From: Candidatus Saccharimonadota bacterium
GTDB lineage: Bacteria > Patescibacteriota > Saccharimonadia > CAILAD01 > BJGX01
Assembly: GCA_009691435.1 (NCBI GenBank)
Contig: SICO01000002.1
Span: 1 to 39,403, forward strand
Direction: 5' to 3'
Length of the DNA: 39,403 nt
A program made the position numbers and the translations under genes. Positions within the stretch are counted from its first letter, which is position 1. Each line of letters opens with the position of its first letter. Shown here piece after piece: positions 9,262 to 18,707 of the stretch. The notes beneath the pieces were generated by a model. It had not been told where the DNA came from, did not search any database, and worked only from the letters and a program-made list of their open reading frames with translations.

Positions 9262-9290
9262 TTGCCAACCGAGAAATTACATGTTAATAT
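9262..9290 (+). promoter_or_regulatory. Sigma70-like promoter for infC-rpmI-rplT
   Basis: TTGCCA (9262-9267), 17-nt spacer, TAATAT (9285-9290). Confidence 0.5.
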
Positions 9291-9318
9291 TATTCGGAGC
9301 TTTTATGGAGATATCTAA

Positions 9319-9885
9319 ATAAAAAAACGACTCAGGCTTAATCATCAAATATCGGCATCTACCGTTAGATTGCTTGATGCTGACTCTAAGCAAATCGGGG
9401 TTGTAGCGATTTCTGAAGCACTAAATATCGCTAGAGATCAAGGCTACGACCTAGCAGAGATATCGCCCGGTGCGGATCCTCCTGTATGTAAGTTGCTCGA
9501 TTGGGGCAAGTACCTCTACGAGCAAGATAAGCAAGCATCTAAAAACCGTAAAAAGCAACGCACCATTGAGATTAAACAGATTAGAATGGGCCTTAAAATT
9601 GGCCGGCATGATGTCGAAGTTAAACAGCGAGCTACGCGTAAATTTCTAGAGGCAGGCAATAAGGTTAAATTAACCGCCCGTTTCAAAGGAAGAGAAATGG
9701 CCCGCCCAGACTTAGGTCAAGCCGTGCTAATGAAATTTTTTGAAGGCTTATCTGATGTTGCAATTATCGAACAGCCACCAGTGATGACAGGCCGAGATAT
9801 GTCAATGGTCATCAATCTTTCCAAGCAAGCTACTAATCAGCCAAAACAACCTGAACCAAAGGACCAAGTAAATGCCCAAAATTAA
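9319..9885 (+). CDS. infC: Translation initiation factor IF-3, probably starting at a non-canonical ATA codon
   Basis: The conserved IF3 N-domain motif (RLNHQISASTVRLLDADSKQIGVV) lies upstream of the ORF-track TTG start at 9370. The frame is open only back to ATA 9319, because an in-frame TAA lies at 9316-9318. GGAG at 9307-9310 sits 8 nt upstream of the ATA. Confidence 0.85.
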   Translation: MKKRLRLNHQISASTVRLLDADSKQIGVVAISEALNIARDQGYDLAEISPGADPPVCKLLDWGKYLYEQDKQASKNRKKQRTIEIKQIRMGLKIGRHDVEVKQRATRKFLEAGNKVKLTARFKGREMARPDLGQAVLMKFFEGLSDVAIIEQPPVMTGRDMSMVINLSKQATNQPKQPEPKDQVNAQN

Positions 9886-10066
9886 GACTAGCAAGACAAC
9901 AGCCAAAAGATTCAAAATTACAGCCAGCGGCAAAATACTACGCCGTAAGGCTACTCGTGGCCATCGGAAAACTATCAAGTCTGCTGCCCGTAAAAGAGCC
10001 TACAGCCTTGAGCACCCCGCCTCTGGTGCCGATGTAGCTAATATTAAGAAAGTACTAGGAGTTTAG
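9872..10066 (+). CDS. rpmI: 50S ribosomal protein L35
   Basis: 64 aa, [27 protein letters not shown]... is a canonical L35. It overlaps the infC end. Confidence 0.95.
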   Translation: MPKIKTSKTTAKRFKITASGKILRRKATRGHRKTIKSAARKRAYSLEHPASGADVANIKKVLGV

Positions 10067-10067
10067 T

Positions 10068-10409
10068 ATGAGAGTAAAACGTGGCGTTACCGCCAGAAAA
10101 CGACATAAAAAAGTTCTTAAATTAGCTAAGGGCTACTCAAAGAGCCGTCGTAGTTCGTTTAGAAAAGCGAATGAAGCTGTTATTAAGGCCCTAAGCTACC
10201 AATACCGAGATAGGCGCAACAAAAAAAGAGACCTGCGTGGCCTTTGGATCACCAGAATATCAGCTGCTGCTAAAATAAATGATACTAATTATTCGGCGCT
10301 AATTGCTGGGCTTAAAAAATCTAATATCGAGCTTAATCGTAAAATGTTATCTGAAATTGCCGTATCTCAACCAAAGGCTTTTGCAGAAATAGTTAAGTCA
10401 GCTAAATAA
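10068..10409 (+). CDS. rplT: 50S ribosomal protein L20
   Basis: 113 aa, [23 protein letters not shown]...[14 protein letters not shown] is a canonical L20. Confidence 0.95.
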   Translation: MRVKRGVTARKRHKKVLKLAKGYSKSRRSSFRKANEAVIKALSYQYRDRRNKKRDLRGLWITRISAAAKINDTNYSALIAGLKKSNIELNRKMLSEIAVSQPKAFAEIVKSAK

Positions 10410-10430
10410 CTGCTAACACGATCATTTAAG

Positions 10431-10469
10431 AAAACCCAACCTGCCGGTACCAATAAGTTGGGTTTTTTT
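10431..10469. terminator. Bidirectional intrinsic terminator between rplT and the convergent ABC permease
   Basis: Stem AACCCAAC (10433-10440) / GTTGGGTT (10457-10464), followed by T5 and preceded by an A-run. Confidence 0.75.
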
Positions 10470-10483
10470 AATTGTAGATTTAT

Positions 10484-11731
10484 CTACAGGGCCTTAAGAG
10501 CCTGAATAGGATGCTTTCTAGCGGCTTTAATGGCCGGTGCGACTCCGAATATAACTCCCACGAACAAACTCACTCCTACAGCGAGTACAAGTGCCTTAAG
10601 GCTAAATACTGGCGTGATACCAGCGAACTTGCTTACCAACATGCCTACCAGGTAGCTCAAAGCTAAACCACACAAACCGCCCATAATCGAAAGTATCATA
10701 GCCTCTATCAAAAACTGACCCAAAATGTTGCTACTAGTAGCCCCGATAGCCTTACGTATTCCAATTTCGCGAGTCCGCTCGCTAACAGTTACTAGCATAA
10801 TGTTCATGATACCAATCCCCCCTACAAGCAAGCTAATCGAAGCGATTGCTACGATAAAAGTAGTTAGCAAATCTAGAATTGTATTAAAGGTCGAGAGCAA
10901 ATCTGCTTGAGTTAAAACGCTAAAATCCTCCTGGCCACCATGGTTGCTTTTTAACGTTTTATTAATAGCTTCTTGAGCATTTGATATATTTTCTGGGCTA
11001 TCTACCTGCGTAATAATCCTAAAGACTTGGTTCAAGCCAGTAATTTTATTGGCGGTATTAATTGGCATATAAATCATATCATCAGCATTGGCACCAAAAC
11101 TAGTACCGCCATCAGACTTCTTGGTGACGCCTAGGACACTAAATTTCTGGCCGCGGATGGTTATTTGCTTACCAATTGCATCTGTCTCGCCAAATAAATT
11201 GTGCTTGGTATCCTCGCCTAGCACAATAACATTATTCCTTGCATCATTATCCTGCGGAGTAAAAAACCCACCGGCAGAATATTTTATTTGGGTAATATCA
11301 TCATAATTAGAAGTGGTGCCCACGATAAAGGGTGAGCTAGTTGATAGCTGGCCGTAGGTTACTACAGAAGATATGATATTATACGGTGCGGTGTGAATAA
11401 TGTGTGGGGTGCCTTCGATTGAAATAACGTCATTTTGAGTTAAGGTTGAGCTACCAATAGTGCTGGCGATATTAAAGCCCCCGCCAGAAGATTTTTGCTG
11501 CTGGCCATTTTTGGCACTACTCTCAGAGCCAATTTTGCCCGAATAAACAACCAATAAATTAGCGCCAAGGCTCGAAACCTCACTAGAAACCTGTGATTTT
11601 ACGCCGTCACCGATGCCAATCATCAGCAGTACTGCAAAAACTCCAATTATAATACCTAGCATAGTCAAAAACGATCGCATTTTAGCCGATTTGATACTAA
11701 TTAAAGCCATTTTGATATTTTGGAATATCAT
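10484..11731 (-). CDS. MacB/FtsX-type ABC transporter permease
   Basis: 415 aa with an N-terminal TM, a large periplasmic domain (MacB_PCD-like) and a C-terminal FtsX 3-TM bundle (ERTREIGIRKAIGAT). Confidence 0.85.
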   Translation of the reverse strand: MIFQNIKMALISIKSAKMRSFLTMLGIIIGVFAVLLMIGIGDGVKSQVSSEVSSLGANLLVVYSGKIGSESSAKNGQQQKSSGGGFNIASTIGSSTLTQNDVISIEGTPHIIHTAPYNIISSVVTYGQLSTSSPFIVGTTSNYDDITQIKYSAGGFFTPQDNDARNNVIVLGEDTKHNLFGETDAIGKQITIRGQKFSVLGVTKKSDGGTSFGANADDMIYMPINTANKITGLNQVFRIITQVDSPENISNAQEAINKTLKSNHGGQEDFSVLTQADLLSTFNTILDLLTTFIVAIASISLLVGGIGIMNIMLVTVSERTREIGIRKAIGATSSNILGQFLIEAMILSIMGGLCGLALSYLVGMLVSKFAGITPVFSLKALVLAVGVSLFVGVIFGVAPAIKAARKHPIQALKAL

Positions 11732-12423
11732 GCACTTGCCTGCTTTTTATGTAGTAGGCCATCTCGAACTAAAACTGTATTTTTAGCGTAATGAACGACC
11801 TCTGGGTTGTGAGTAACAACAATAATTGTTACTCCCTGGCTATTGAGAGACTTGAGTAGGTTCATTATCTCAATGCCTGTTTTTGTATCAAGGTTGCCCG
11901 TTGGCTCGTCTGCCAAGATAAGGCTCGGGCTATTAACTAAGGCTCTCGCAATTGCTACTCTTTGTACCTGCCCACCGCTAATTCGGTTAGGCCTGCTTTT
12001 AATCTTGTCTTCGAGCCCAACTTGCCGTAAAACTTCCCTGACCTTTCTTTTTCTGTCGCTTGATTTAATTTTTTTATAAATTAGCGGCAATTCAACATTT
12101 TGCATAATATTAAGCCTTGGCAATAAATTAAAATTCTGAAACACAAAACCAATTTTATCTCGTCTGAGCTTAGATAGCTGCTTGCTGCTGAGTGTCTCGG
12201 TATCAACTCCATTGAGTATGAACTTGCCACTAGTAGGCCTATCGAGTAAACCAATGATATTCATTAGCGTCGATTTGCCGGACCCAGAAGGTCCCATAAT
12301 TGCCAGGAAGTCTCCTTCTAAAACAGTTAGGTTAACTTTTTTTAGTGCATCATAAACCCCTGCATCATCATCATAGCATTTAGCCAGATTATTAATTTCA
12401 ATTATTGGTTTACTTTGCTTCAT
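11728..12423 (-). CDS. ABC transporter ATP-binding protein (MacB/LolD-type)
   Basis: Walker A GPSGSGKST, signature ISGGQVQR, Walker B LILADEPTGNLD. 4-nt overlap with the permease. Confidence 0.92.
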   Translation of the reverse strand: MKQSKPIIEINNLAKCYDDDAGVYDALKKVNLTVLEGDFLAIMGPSGSGKSTLMNIIGLLDRPTSGKFILNGVDTETLSSKQLSKLRRDKIGFVFQNFNLLPRLNIMQNVELPLIYKKIKSSDRKRKVREVLRQVGLEDKIKSRPNRISGGQVQRVAIARALVNSPSLILADEPTGNLDTKTGIEIMNLLKSLNSQGVTIIVVTHNPEVVHYAKNTVLVRDGLLHKKQASA

Positions 12424-13837
12424 AAATTAAACTTAAGAAAACATCCCTATCAATTGTTTTATTATACACAACTGGATTGCCTAATGATAATAAATCTTGC
12501 TTATTTGATGCTAATAATTGCCAGCTACCTGGTACCAAGACATTATTTGTTAGCTCGTAGGACCAGCCACCATTTTGTAGCTGTACGTAAGAGTTGAAAT
12601 CAACAACTCCAGTGTTGGCCAGCTTAAAGGGCAAGGTGTAGTTAAAGCTATATTCAGATGGTTTAAGTGGCTCTAGCTCACTTGCAAATTGATAAACATC
12701 ATAGCCCCTCTCAATACCCTTATACTCTTGATTGATTGTAGTATTACCATCAATTTTGCTCCCTCTTGGTATAGCAAATTTTATAAAACTTTTATTGGGC
12801 TTGATTAAGAATGTATAGCCTCCATTGGCTGGATCAATATAGGGATAAGACTGCTCCAAAGTTTGAGTTCTGGTAATCTTAACGCCTATACTGACCGAGC
12901 CATCCTCTCGGATACTGGCCGTACGCTCCAATTGCCTATCTATAAAGCCATTGCTTTTATCAATACTCATATTGTTCTCCGCCAAAACAAAATAATCTCC
13001 CGCAAAGGGTACCAATGAGCCGTCATACTTAATATTCTCAAGGCTTTTTGCCAAATCATCATTAGTCCCAAAGAGCAATATCTGTCTCTGATCAGCTAAG
13101 TCCTTTAGCCCGCGCGCCAATTCGGCTAGCTCGACAAGAGTTTTTTCAGATAACCTACGCAGTATTTCATTAGCTACGCTAGATAGGATTGTCTTTGGGT
13201 CGCTCCCCGCAATCTTATCGCGCCCGTATTCAATTTCTGCCTGCAGAATTTCGGTAATATTGCCCGATGTAATAGTCAGGTTATAATCGGCAAGCACAAC
13301 AGGGCCGGTTTGGTTTAAAAAGTACTTGAGTACTTCTGGGGTCATAGCAACCACTATATCGACACCGAGACCCGATTCCTTCTCAAAAATAATTTTAGCC
13401 CTTTCAAGATTAGTACTACCGTTCAGGTTGCGCCCACTATTTCTCAAATTGAGGTATTGCTCATACTCCATAGGGTCAGCAAATTTATCAAGATAGCCAA
13501 TCGCCTCATATTTATAATCATAATAATAGACTGAGCGTATCGGCTCAGGAGTAATTTTACCTTGATCGACCGATAGGTACCCGACTGTGCCAATAAACCC
13601 GCCTCCATACCTTGCCTCGGCATTGTTCATAAAAAGAATGAGTATATTTTTTTTACCATTCATGCCCAGTAGACTCTCACTCAACAGCTTATAATCATTA
13701 ATTTTTGTAGTTTTATTTACAACTCTATTGCTTAAACTACTAAGATTTTGGGCAAGAAATAGTATGGCGAAAATAATAGTTGCTACAGCTATACTTCTGC
13801 TTAAATTACCCCTTTTGGTTGATTTTCCCAATGACAT
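12410..13837 (-). CDS. DUF4012-like extracytoplasmic protein with N-terminal TM anchor
   Basis: 475 aa with an N-terminal TM. LILFMNNAEARYGGGFIGTVGYL resembles the DUF4012 N.E.R..GG.IG signature. It overlaps both neighbouring genes. Confidence 0.55.
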   Translation of the reverse strand: MSLGKSTKRGNLSRSIAVATIIFAILFLAQNLSSLSNRVVNKTTKINDYKLLSESLLGMNGKKNILILFMNNAEARYGGGFIGTVGYLSVDQGKITPEPIRSVYYYDYKYEAIGYLDKFADPMEYEQYLNLRNSGRNLNGSTNLERAKIIFEKESGLGVDIVVAMTPEVLKYFLNQTGPVVLADYNLTITSGNITEILQAEIEYGRDKIAGSDPKTILSSVANEILRRLSEKTLVELAELARGLKDLADQRQILLFGTNDDLAKSLENIKYDGSLVPFAGDYFVLAENNMSIDKSNGFIDRQLERTASIREDGSVSIGVKITRTQTLEQSYPYIDPANGGYTFLIKPNKSFIKFAIPRGSKIDGNTTINQEYKGIERGYDVYQFASELEPLKPSEYSFNYTLPFKLANTGVVDFNSYVQLQNGGWSYELTNNVLVPGSWQLLASNKQDLLSLGNPVVYNKTIDRDVFLSLIYEAK

Positions 13838-14936
13838 ACCCTCCTAGCTCACTCAAAAACCTATCTTCTGAAAACATCCTAGCTCTTTTTACTATTATCT
13901 CCTTGTCAAAACTTGTCTTTTCGAATTGCTGGATTGCTTGTACTAAACTCTCTACTGATTGCTTATCATAAATTACGCCAGTTTTACCATCTATGACCGT
14001 CTCTGTAGCCCCGCCTTTACCAAAACAGATCACTGGCTTGCCGGCCGACATTGCTTCTAAAGGAGTAATGCCAAAGTCCTCTAGGCCAGAGAAGATTAAT
14101 GCTTTTGACGCCAGATAGAGAGAGTCAACCTTATCATCTGTCGGGCTGACAATAAACTCAATGGTGTCGCCAGCGATTTTTTGGAGATTTTTAAGTTCTG
14201 GTCCTCTACCTGCAACTATCAGCTTCCTGCCAAGCTCATTGCAGGCCAAAATAGCCAAATCGACTCTCTTGTAGGGTACTAACCGAGAGACAACTAGATA
14301 GTAATCCCCGACTTTGGCGTGCCTATAATCAAACCTCTTAATATTAACCGGTGGGTTAATAACCTCACTCTCCCTGCCATAATATTTTTTAATACGCCCA
14401 GCTACAAGATTTGAGTTGGCTATCAAAAAATCTGACCTTTGGGCGGCAGCAAAATCCCATATTCTTAATTTTCTAACCATTGAAGGCATCAATAATCTGA
14501 CCAGCGGATTTAATACTCCAAAGCCAGGATGAGCTAGGTAGCGCTGATACCCACTCCAATAATATCTGACTGGCGTGTGGATATAGCTAATATGCAAAGT
14601 TTCGGTTGAAGTAATTACTCCCTTAGATTCAGCACTGGAACTAGAAATTACCAGATCATAACTACTTAAATCTAAACTCTCAAAGGCCAACGGCCTGATA
14701 CTAGCGAAAAACTGATGTTTACGCTTGGCAAGGGGCCAACTTTGCAAAAATGTCGTGTGGACCTTTCTACCCTTAAAAATCGTTAACTTCGTGCTATCAT
14801 AGACGCTAGTATACAGCTCGGCCTGAGGGAATAGCTTCAGCATACTCTCTACTACTCTCTCAGCGCCACCGACCCCTGTAAGCCAATCATGTACTATTGC
14901 GACCTTTAGATCAGATAATTGTCTTTTATATTCCAT
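13806..14936 (-). CDS. GT4-family glycosyltransferase
   Basis: 376 aa: LKVAIVHDWLTGVGGAERV at the N-terminus, and EDFGITPLEAMSAGKPVI (E-x7-E) at the C-terminus. Confidence 0.85.
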   Translation of the reverse strand: MEYKRQLSDLKVAIVHDWLTGVGGAERVVESMLKLFPQAELYTSVYDSTKLTIFKGRKVHTTFLQSWPLAKRKHQFFASIRPLAFESLDLSSYDLVISSSSAESKGVITSTETLHISYIHTPVRYYWSGYQRYLAHPGFGVLNPLVRLLMPSMVRKLRIWDFAAAQRSDFLIANSNLVAGRIKKYYGRESEVINPPVNIKRFDYRHAKVGDYYLVVSRLVPYKRVDLAILACNELGRKLIVAGRGPELKNLQKIAGDTIEFIVSPTDDKVDSLYLASKALIFSGLEDFGITPLEAMSAGKPVICFGKGGATETVIDGKTGVIYDKQSVESLVQAIQQFEKTSFDKEIIVKRARMFSEDRFLSELGGYVIGKINQKG

Positions 14937-16347
14937 TGCGCCTGAATATAGCCTGTCGGATTGTCTTAAGAATTATTTTAATGTCTAACCACAGCGACCA
15001 GTTCTCAATATAAAAAAGGTTAAGCCTATTTCTATCGGAATATTCTAAATCATTCCTACCAGATGTCTGCCACATACCTGTGATACCTGGCCTGATAGTA
15101 ACTATCCTAGCTAAACTAGCTTCGCCACCTGCCAATGAAAGCTCTGATTTTGGTAGCGGCCTGGGGCCAACTAAACTCAAATCTCCCCTTAGTACATTGT
15201 AAAGCTGGGGCAATTCATCTAGGCTTGTTCTCCTTAAGAATTGGCCTAATCTGTTGACCCTAGGGTCATGCTTGATTTTGGCAGTTAGTCTAAATTCGTC
15301 AGCCTTATCTTTTGGCAGGCCTTTCAGCACTTCCTCAATAGTTCTACCGCCAAACTTGGCACCCAAACAATACTTAGCTTGCATTGTCCTAAACTTATAG
15401 ACATTTATCCGTATTCCGCCACGGCCATAACACTCATGCTTATAAATGGCTGGACCGGGGTCATTGAACCTGATAACGAAGTATATGATGAGCTGTAATG
15501 GTAGGCTCAAGATGGCAATTATAGTTGTAATTGTTACATCAAATAACCTTTTTAGAACCCTCCCCCAGCCCTCTAGCGGGGTTGGCTTAAGCTCTAAAAT
15601 TGGGATCTCACCTATTTGAATTGTAGCTATCTTTGAGGTATAAAGACCAGCGATAGTTGGAACGAATTGATACCCTATATGGCTAGTCTGGCAAAAAGAC
15701 AAGACATCCAAGGCTCGTTCCTCACTATTGGTATTATCTGCCACCATTACCATATCAATCTGATGTAGCTTATGTAATTGTGCCAACTGAGAGGTTGTAG
15801 CATCAGCGAGGCTAGCTAAATTAGCCACCACGCGGTAGCGTTTTTTGAGGGTTTTTAATGCCAGCAGTAATTCATCTGCAGCGCTCCCCTCTCCTATCAG
15901 AAGCACTCTATAAACACCAATCCCAAAAATAGACAGTGTATGCTGCAATATACCCATTAATATTCTGCCCAGGCTGACTAGAACTAGCGCAAACATAAAG
16001 CCATAGACAGGTATGATTTTTGCTGGGAATATTGGGCTAGGGCTCATAAAGTCGATTACAATCAATACCATTACTCCTGATGAGCAGGCGGCCAAAATAT
16101 TACCAAAATCTATCAAATTCCTTCTGTCGGATCTCATTTTGTAAAGTCCAACGCTAGCAAATATCAAAAGCCAAATAGGCAAAAATACCAACATAAAGTT
16201 CAAATAACTATGTCCTGAGATAGCCACAGAAAATGGCTTACTGCTGCCTTCTCGGATTAAATACGCTAACACAAAGCTGATAACTAGCATTAGATAATCG
16301 ACTGGTATCTGCAGGGCTGTTATGAATAATTCACTTCGTTTTCTCAT
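14926..16347 (-). CDS. Polyprenyl-phosphate glycosyl-1-phosphate transferase (WcaJ/WbaP-like initiating sugar transferase)
   Basis: 473 aa with N-terminal TMs. The C-terminal bacterial sugar transferase domain carries RFNDPGPAIYKHECYGRGG...DELPQLYNVLRGDLSLVGPRP. Confidence 0.88.
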   Translation of the reverse strand: MRKRSELFITALQIPVDYLMLVISFVLAYLIREGSSKPFSVAISGHSYLNFMLVFLPIWLLIFASVGLYKMRSDRRNLIDFGNILAACSSGVMVLIVIDFMSPSPIFPAKIIPVYGFMFALVLVSLGRILMGILQHTLSIFGIGVYRVLLIGEGSAADELLLALKTLKKRYRVVANLASLADATTSQLAQLHKLHQIDMVMVADNTNSEERALDVLSFCQTSHIGYQFVPTIAGLYTSKIATIQIGEIPILELKPTPLEGWGRVLKRLFDVTITTIIAILSLPLQLIIYFVIRFNDPGPAIYKHECYGRGGIRINVYKFRTMQAKYCLGAKFGGRTIEEVLKGLPKDKADEFRLTAKIKHDPRVNRLGQFLRRTSLDELPQLYNVLRGDLSLVGPRPLPKSELSLAGGEASLARIVTIRPGITGMWQTSGRNDLEYSDRNRLNLFYIENWSLWLDIKIILKTIRQAIFRRNGI

Positions 16348-16406
16348 AATATTATTGTACCATCTAATAGATAGTACCCGCTCTAAACAAGCGAATGCTA
16401 TCTATT

Positions 16407-17050
16407 GCTATTAGCTAGCTATAAGCCGAATTTTGTACCCAGCACCTTTGTACCTATCAATCCATAGTAAAATAGTTGGGATTGAGCCGTAACTGCGTAC
16501 CCAGACTGGCTCAAATTGATATACACAAAGGTGTTGGGCGATGACCATCTATCTTAATACCTGCTAAAAGCAGGCACTACCTCCCGCCAATTCAGAGCTC
16601 CAAAATGGCTTGATGCGCTAAATTGGCGGGATGACGCGATATACCCTATAAAAAGACGAGAAGTCTCTCTGCCATAAAGGCAGAAGGGCCCATAATCTTG
16701 CAGCCGGTAGGGTTTACCTCCCACGATAGTCACCTATCATGGCTGGGGGCTCTTAACCCACTCTTTTCACCCTTACCCAGCACCTTTTTTAGCTATCAAA
16801 TCAGCTCTGCTACTGGCTGTAACTGATATTCAAAAAAGATGCTGGGCGGTATAGTTTCTGTGGCACTTTCCCTAGGATCACTCCTGGTTGTAATTAACAA
16901 CTACCGTTACTCTATGCTGTTCGGACTTTCCTCCCAGCACCTTTATACCTATCAAGTCAGTTCTAATATTGCCACTAAGGGCAAGGCTAGCCTGCCTTAT
17001 TCGAATTGATATGCATAAAGGTACCGGGCGATCATCCACTAGCTAATAGC
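16407..17050 (-). ncRNA. rnpB: RNase P RNA, bacterial type A core with large insertions (about 644 nt)
   Basis: The minus strand carries these elements.
- P1: GCUAUUAGCUAG / CUAGCUAAUAGC.
- P4 5' strand: GGGAGGAAAGUCCGAAC.
- GUGCCACAGAAA...ACCGCC.
- GGUAAGGGUGAAAAGAGUGGGUUAAGAGC.
- GGUAAACCCUACCGGCUGCAAG.
- P4 3' strand: ACAAAAUUCGGCUUAU.
All are in the same order as in E. coli M1 RNA. Confidence 0.92.
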
Positions 17051-17082
17051 CCGCATATTATAATATATTTATGCTTATATGT

Positions 17083-17493
17083 CTATTTTTGGCTATCTAG
17101 AACCTGGTTAACTATAGCGTCAGCTAATGTATTATCCTCACGATAAATATGGGTAAAGGTCAGGCTTAAGCCTGCTCCGAGCGCCTTAACCTTAGCATTA
17201 AGTGGGATAATATTGGCATTTTTAACCCGATATTGACCGTTGAGTTGCCTAACGATGAGCTGGCTATCCAAAAAGAAGTCGGCTTTTTTGATGCCCAATT
17301 CGTGCATTTTTTCGAGTGCGACAATCACAGCGCTGTATTCGGCATAGTTATTGGTCTGAATACCGAGATATTTACCTACTTCCTCAATAACTTCATTGTT
17401 CTGATTAAGAATAGCTACCCCCGAAGCCGAAGGCCCGGGATTGCCCCGAGAGCCACCGTCGCAAAAGACTATCACTGAGTCATTTTTATTCAT
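17083..17493 (-). CDS. rnhA: Ribonuclease HI
   Basis: 136 aa: VFCDGGSRGNPGPSASGV, NNYAEYSAVIVAL, FLDSQLIV and REDNTLADAIVN, giving the DEDD residues in canonical order. Confidence 0.85.
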   Translation of the reverse strand: MNKNDSVIVFCDGGSRGNPGPSASGVAILNQNNEVIEEVGKYLGIQTNNYAEYSAVIVALEKMHELGIKKADFFLDSQLIVRQLNGQYRVKNANIIPLNAKVKALGAGLSLTFTHIYREDNTLADAIVNQVLDSQK

Positions 17494-17494
17494 T

Positions 17495-18277
17495 TCATCT
17501 CCTTATGAACCAAATTGCTATAACCGAAAAGCCTAGCACAAATCTGTAAAGCACAAATATCAACAATGTGTGCTTCTTGAGGTAGCCAAGTATCCAGGTA
17601 ATGACTGCTAGACCAACCCCAAAAGCTATCACAATACCTAGAATCGTTAGCATAATTGATACATTGCCTTGTGGTGCAGTAACAATTTGGTTAAGTTTAT
17701 AAAGCCCAGCGCCAAGCGAAATTGGTGTGGCCAAAAGAAAACTAAAGCGTGCCGCCGACTCTCGGTTGAGCCCCAACAGCTCACCGGCAGAGATTGTGAT
17801 ACCCGAACGAGAAGTGCCAGGCACTAGAGCTAAAACTTGTGTAAAGCCTATGATTAGAGCGTTCTTGGGACCAATATGGCTCATGTCTTTGCTAAGCTTG
17901 GCGGTCTTGTCGATGGTGTACATCACAATGCCATAGAATATCAATCCGATACCAATGATTAGCGGAGCGGAGCTTGATTGATGGAAGTATTTATCAATAA
18001 ATTGGTCGCCCAAGTACCCAGCTAGGGCAGCTGGCACCGAGGCAATCAAGATATACAACAATAATTTATCGCGTTTTTTTGCTAAAGCGTAGAAATCTTT
18101 CCAAAAGAATGCTACTAGTGCCAAGGCTGTCCCAATATGGATTGCAGCATCAAATGCTAGCCCAGGGTCAGGAACATTAACGGCCCATGGCAATAAAAAA
18201 AGATGGGCCGAGCTAGATATCGGCAAAAACTCTGTTATACCCTGAAGAATTGCCAATATTACAACAATTAAAATCAT
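17495..18277 (-). CDS. uppP: Undecaprenyl-diphosphate phosphatase
   Basis: 260 aa polytopic protein. GITEFLPISSSAHL and PGTSRSGITISAG are the BacA/UppP signature motifs. Confidence 0.92.
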   Translation of the reverse strand: MILIVVILAILQGITEFLPISSSAHLFLLPWAVNVPDPGLAFDAAIHIGTALALVAFFWKDFYALAKKRDKLLLYILIASVPAALAGYLGDQFIDKYFHQSSSAPLIIGIGLIFYGIVMYTIDKTAKLSKDMSHIGPKNALIIGFTQVLALVPGTSRSGITISAGELLGLNRESAARFSFLLATPISLGAGLYKLNQIVTAPQGNVSIMLTILGIVIAFGVGLAVITWILGYLKKHTLLIFVLYRFVLGFSVIAIWFIRR

Positions 18278-18278
18278 T

Positions 18279-18707
18279 TTATAGCTTTACCCCGCCAAGG
18301 GAAGTAATATAATTTTTTATTTTTTCAGCTTCAATCGCCAGTTCCTCTGTCTGCGAAGCTTTAGCGCTAGTATGGTCTATATCGCCAATTTTAAACAAGG
18401 AATAAACATGTATATGGGCGTGTGGGACCTCAAAGCCGACACTTGCTAAACCTACTTTTGGAGGGTGATAGACAGCTTTTATAGCTTTAGCAAAAAATTG
18501 AGCGACCTTCATCAGATGGTCAAAAAGAGCTGGCTCCAAATCTTCCCAGTTACTAACCTCGTCGATTGGTATTACTAACAGATGCCCTGGGTTATGCGGC
18601 CGAACAGATAAAATCACAAAACAATACTCATCTTGATATAAAATTTCACCAGGTAACTCTCCTAGCCTGACTAATGTAAAGACCGAGTTTGGCATAGCGA
18701 CTATCAT
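18279..18707 (-). CDS. HIT-family (histidine triad) protein
   Basis: 142 aa: NPGHLLVIP and the histidine triad VPHAHIHVYS. Confidence 0.85.
   Translation of the reverse strand: MIVAMPNSVFTLVRLGELPGEILYQDEYCFVILSVRPHNPGHLLVIPIDEVSNWEDLEPALFDHLMKVAQFFAKAIKAVYHPPKVGLASVGFEVPHAHIHVYSLFKIGDIDHTSAKASQTEELAIEAEKIKNYITSLGGVKL

Noticed and set aside
9370-9372. TTG start for infC given by the ORF track
   Set aside because: It would delete the conserved IF3 N-terminal motif encoded just upstream in the same open frame.
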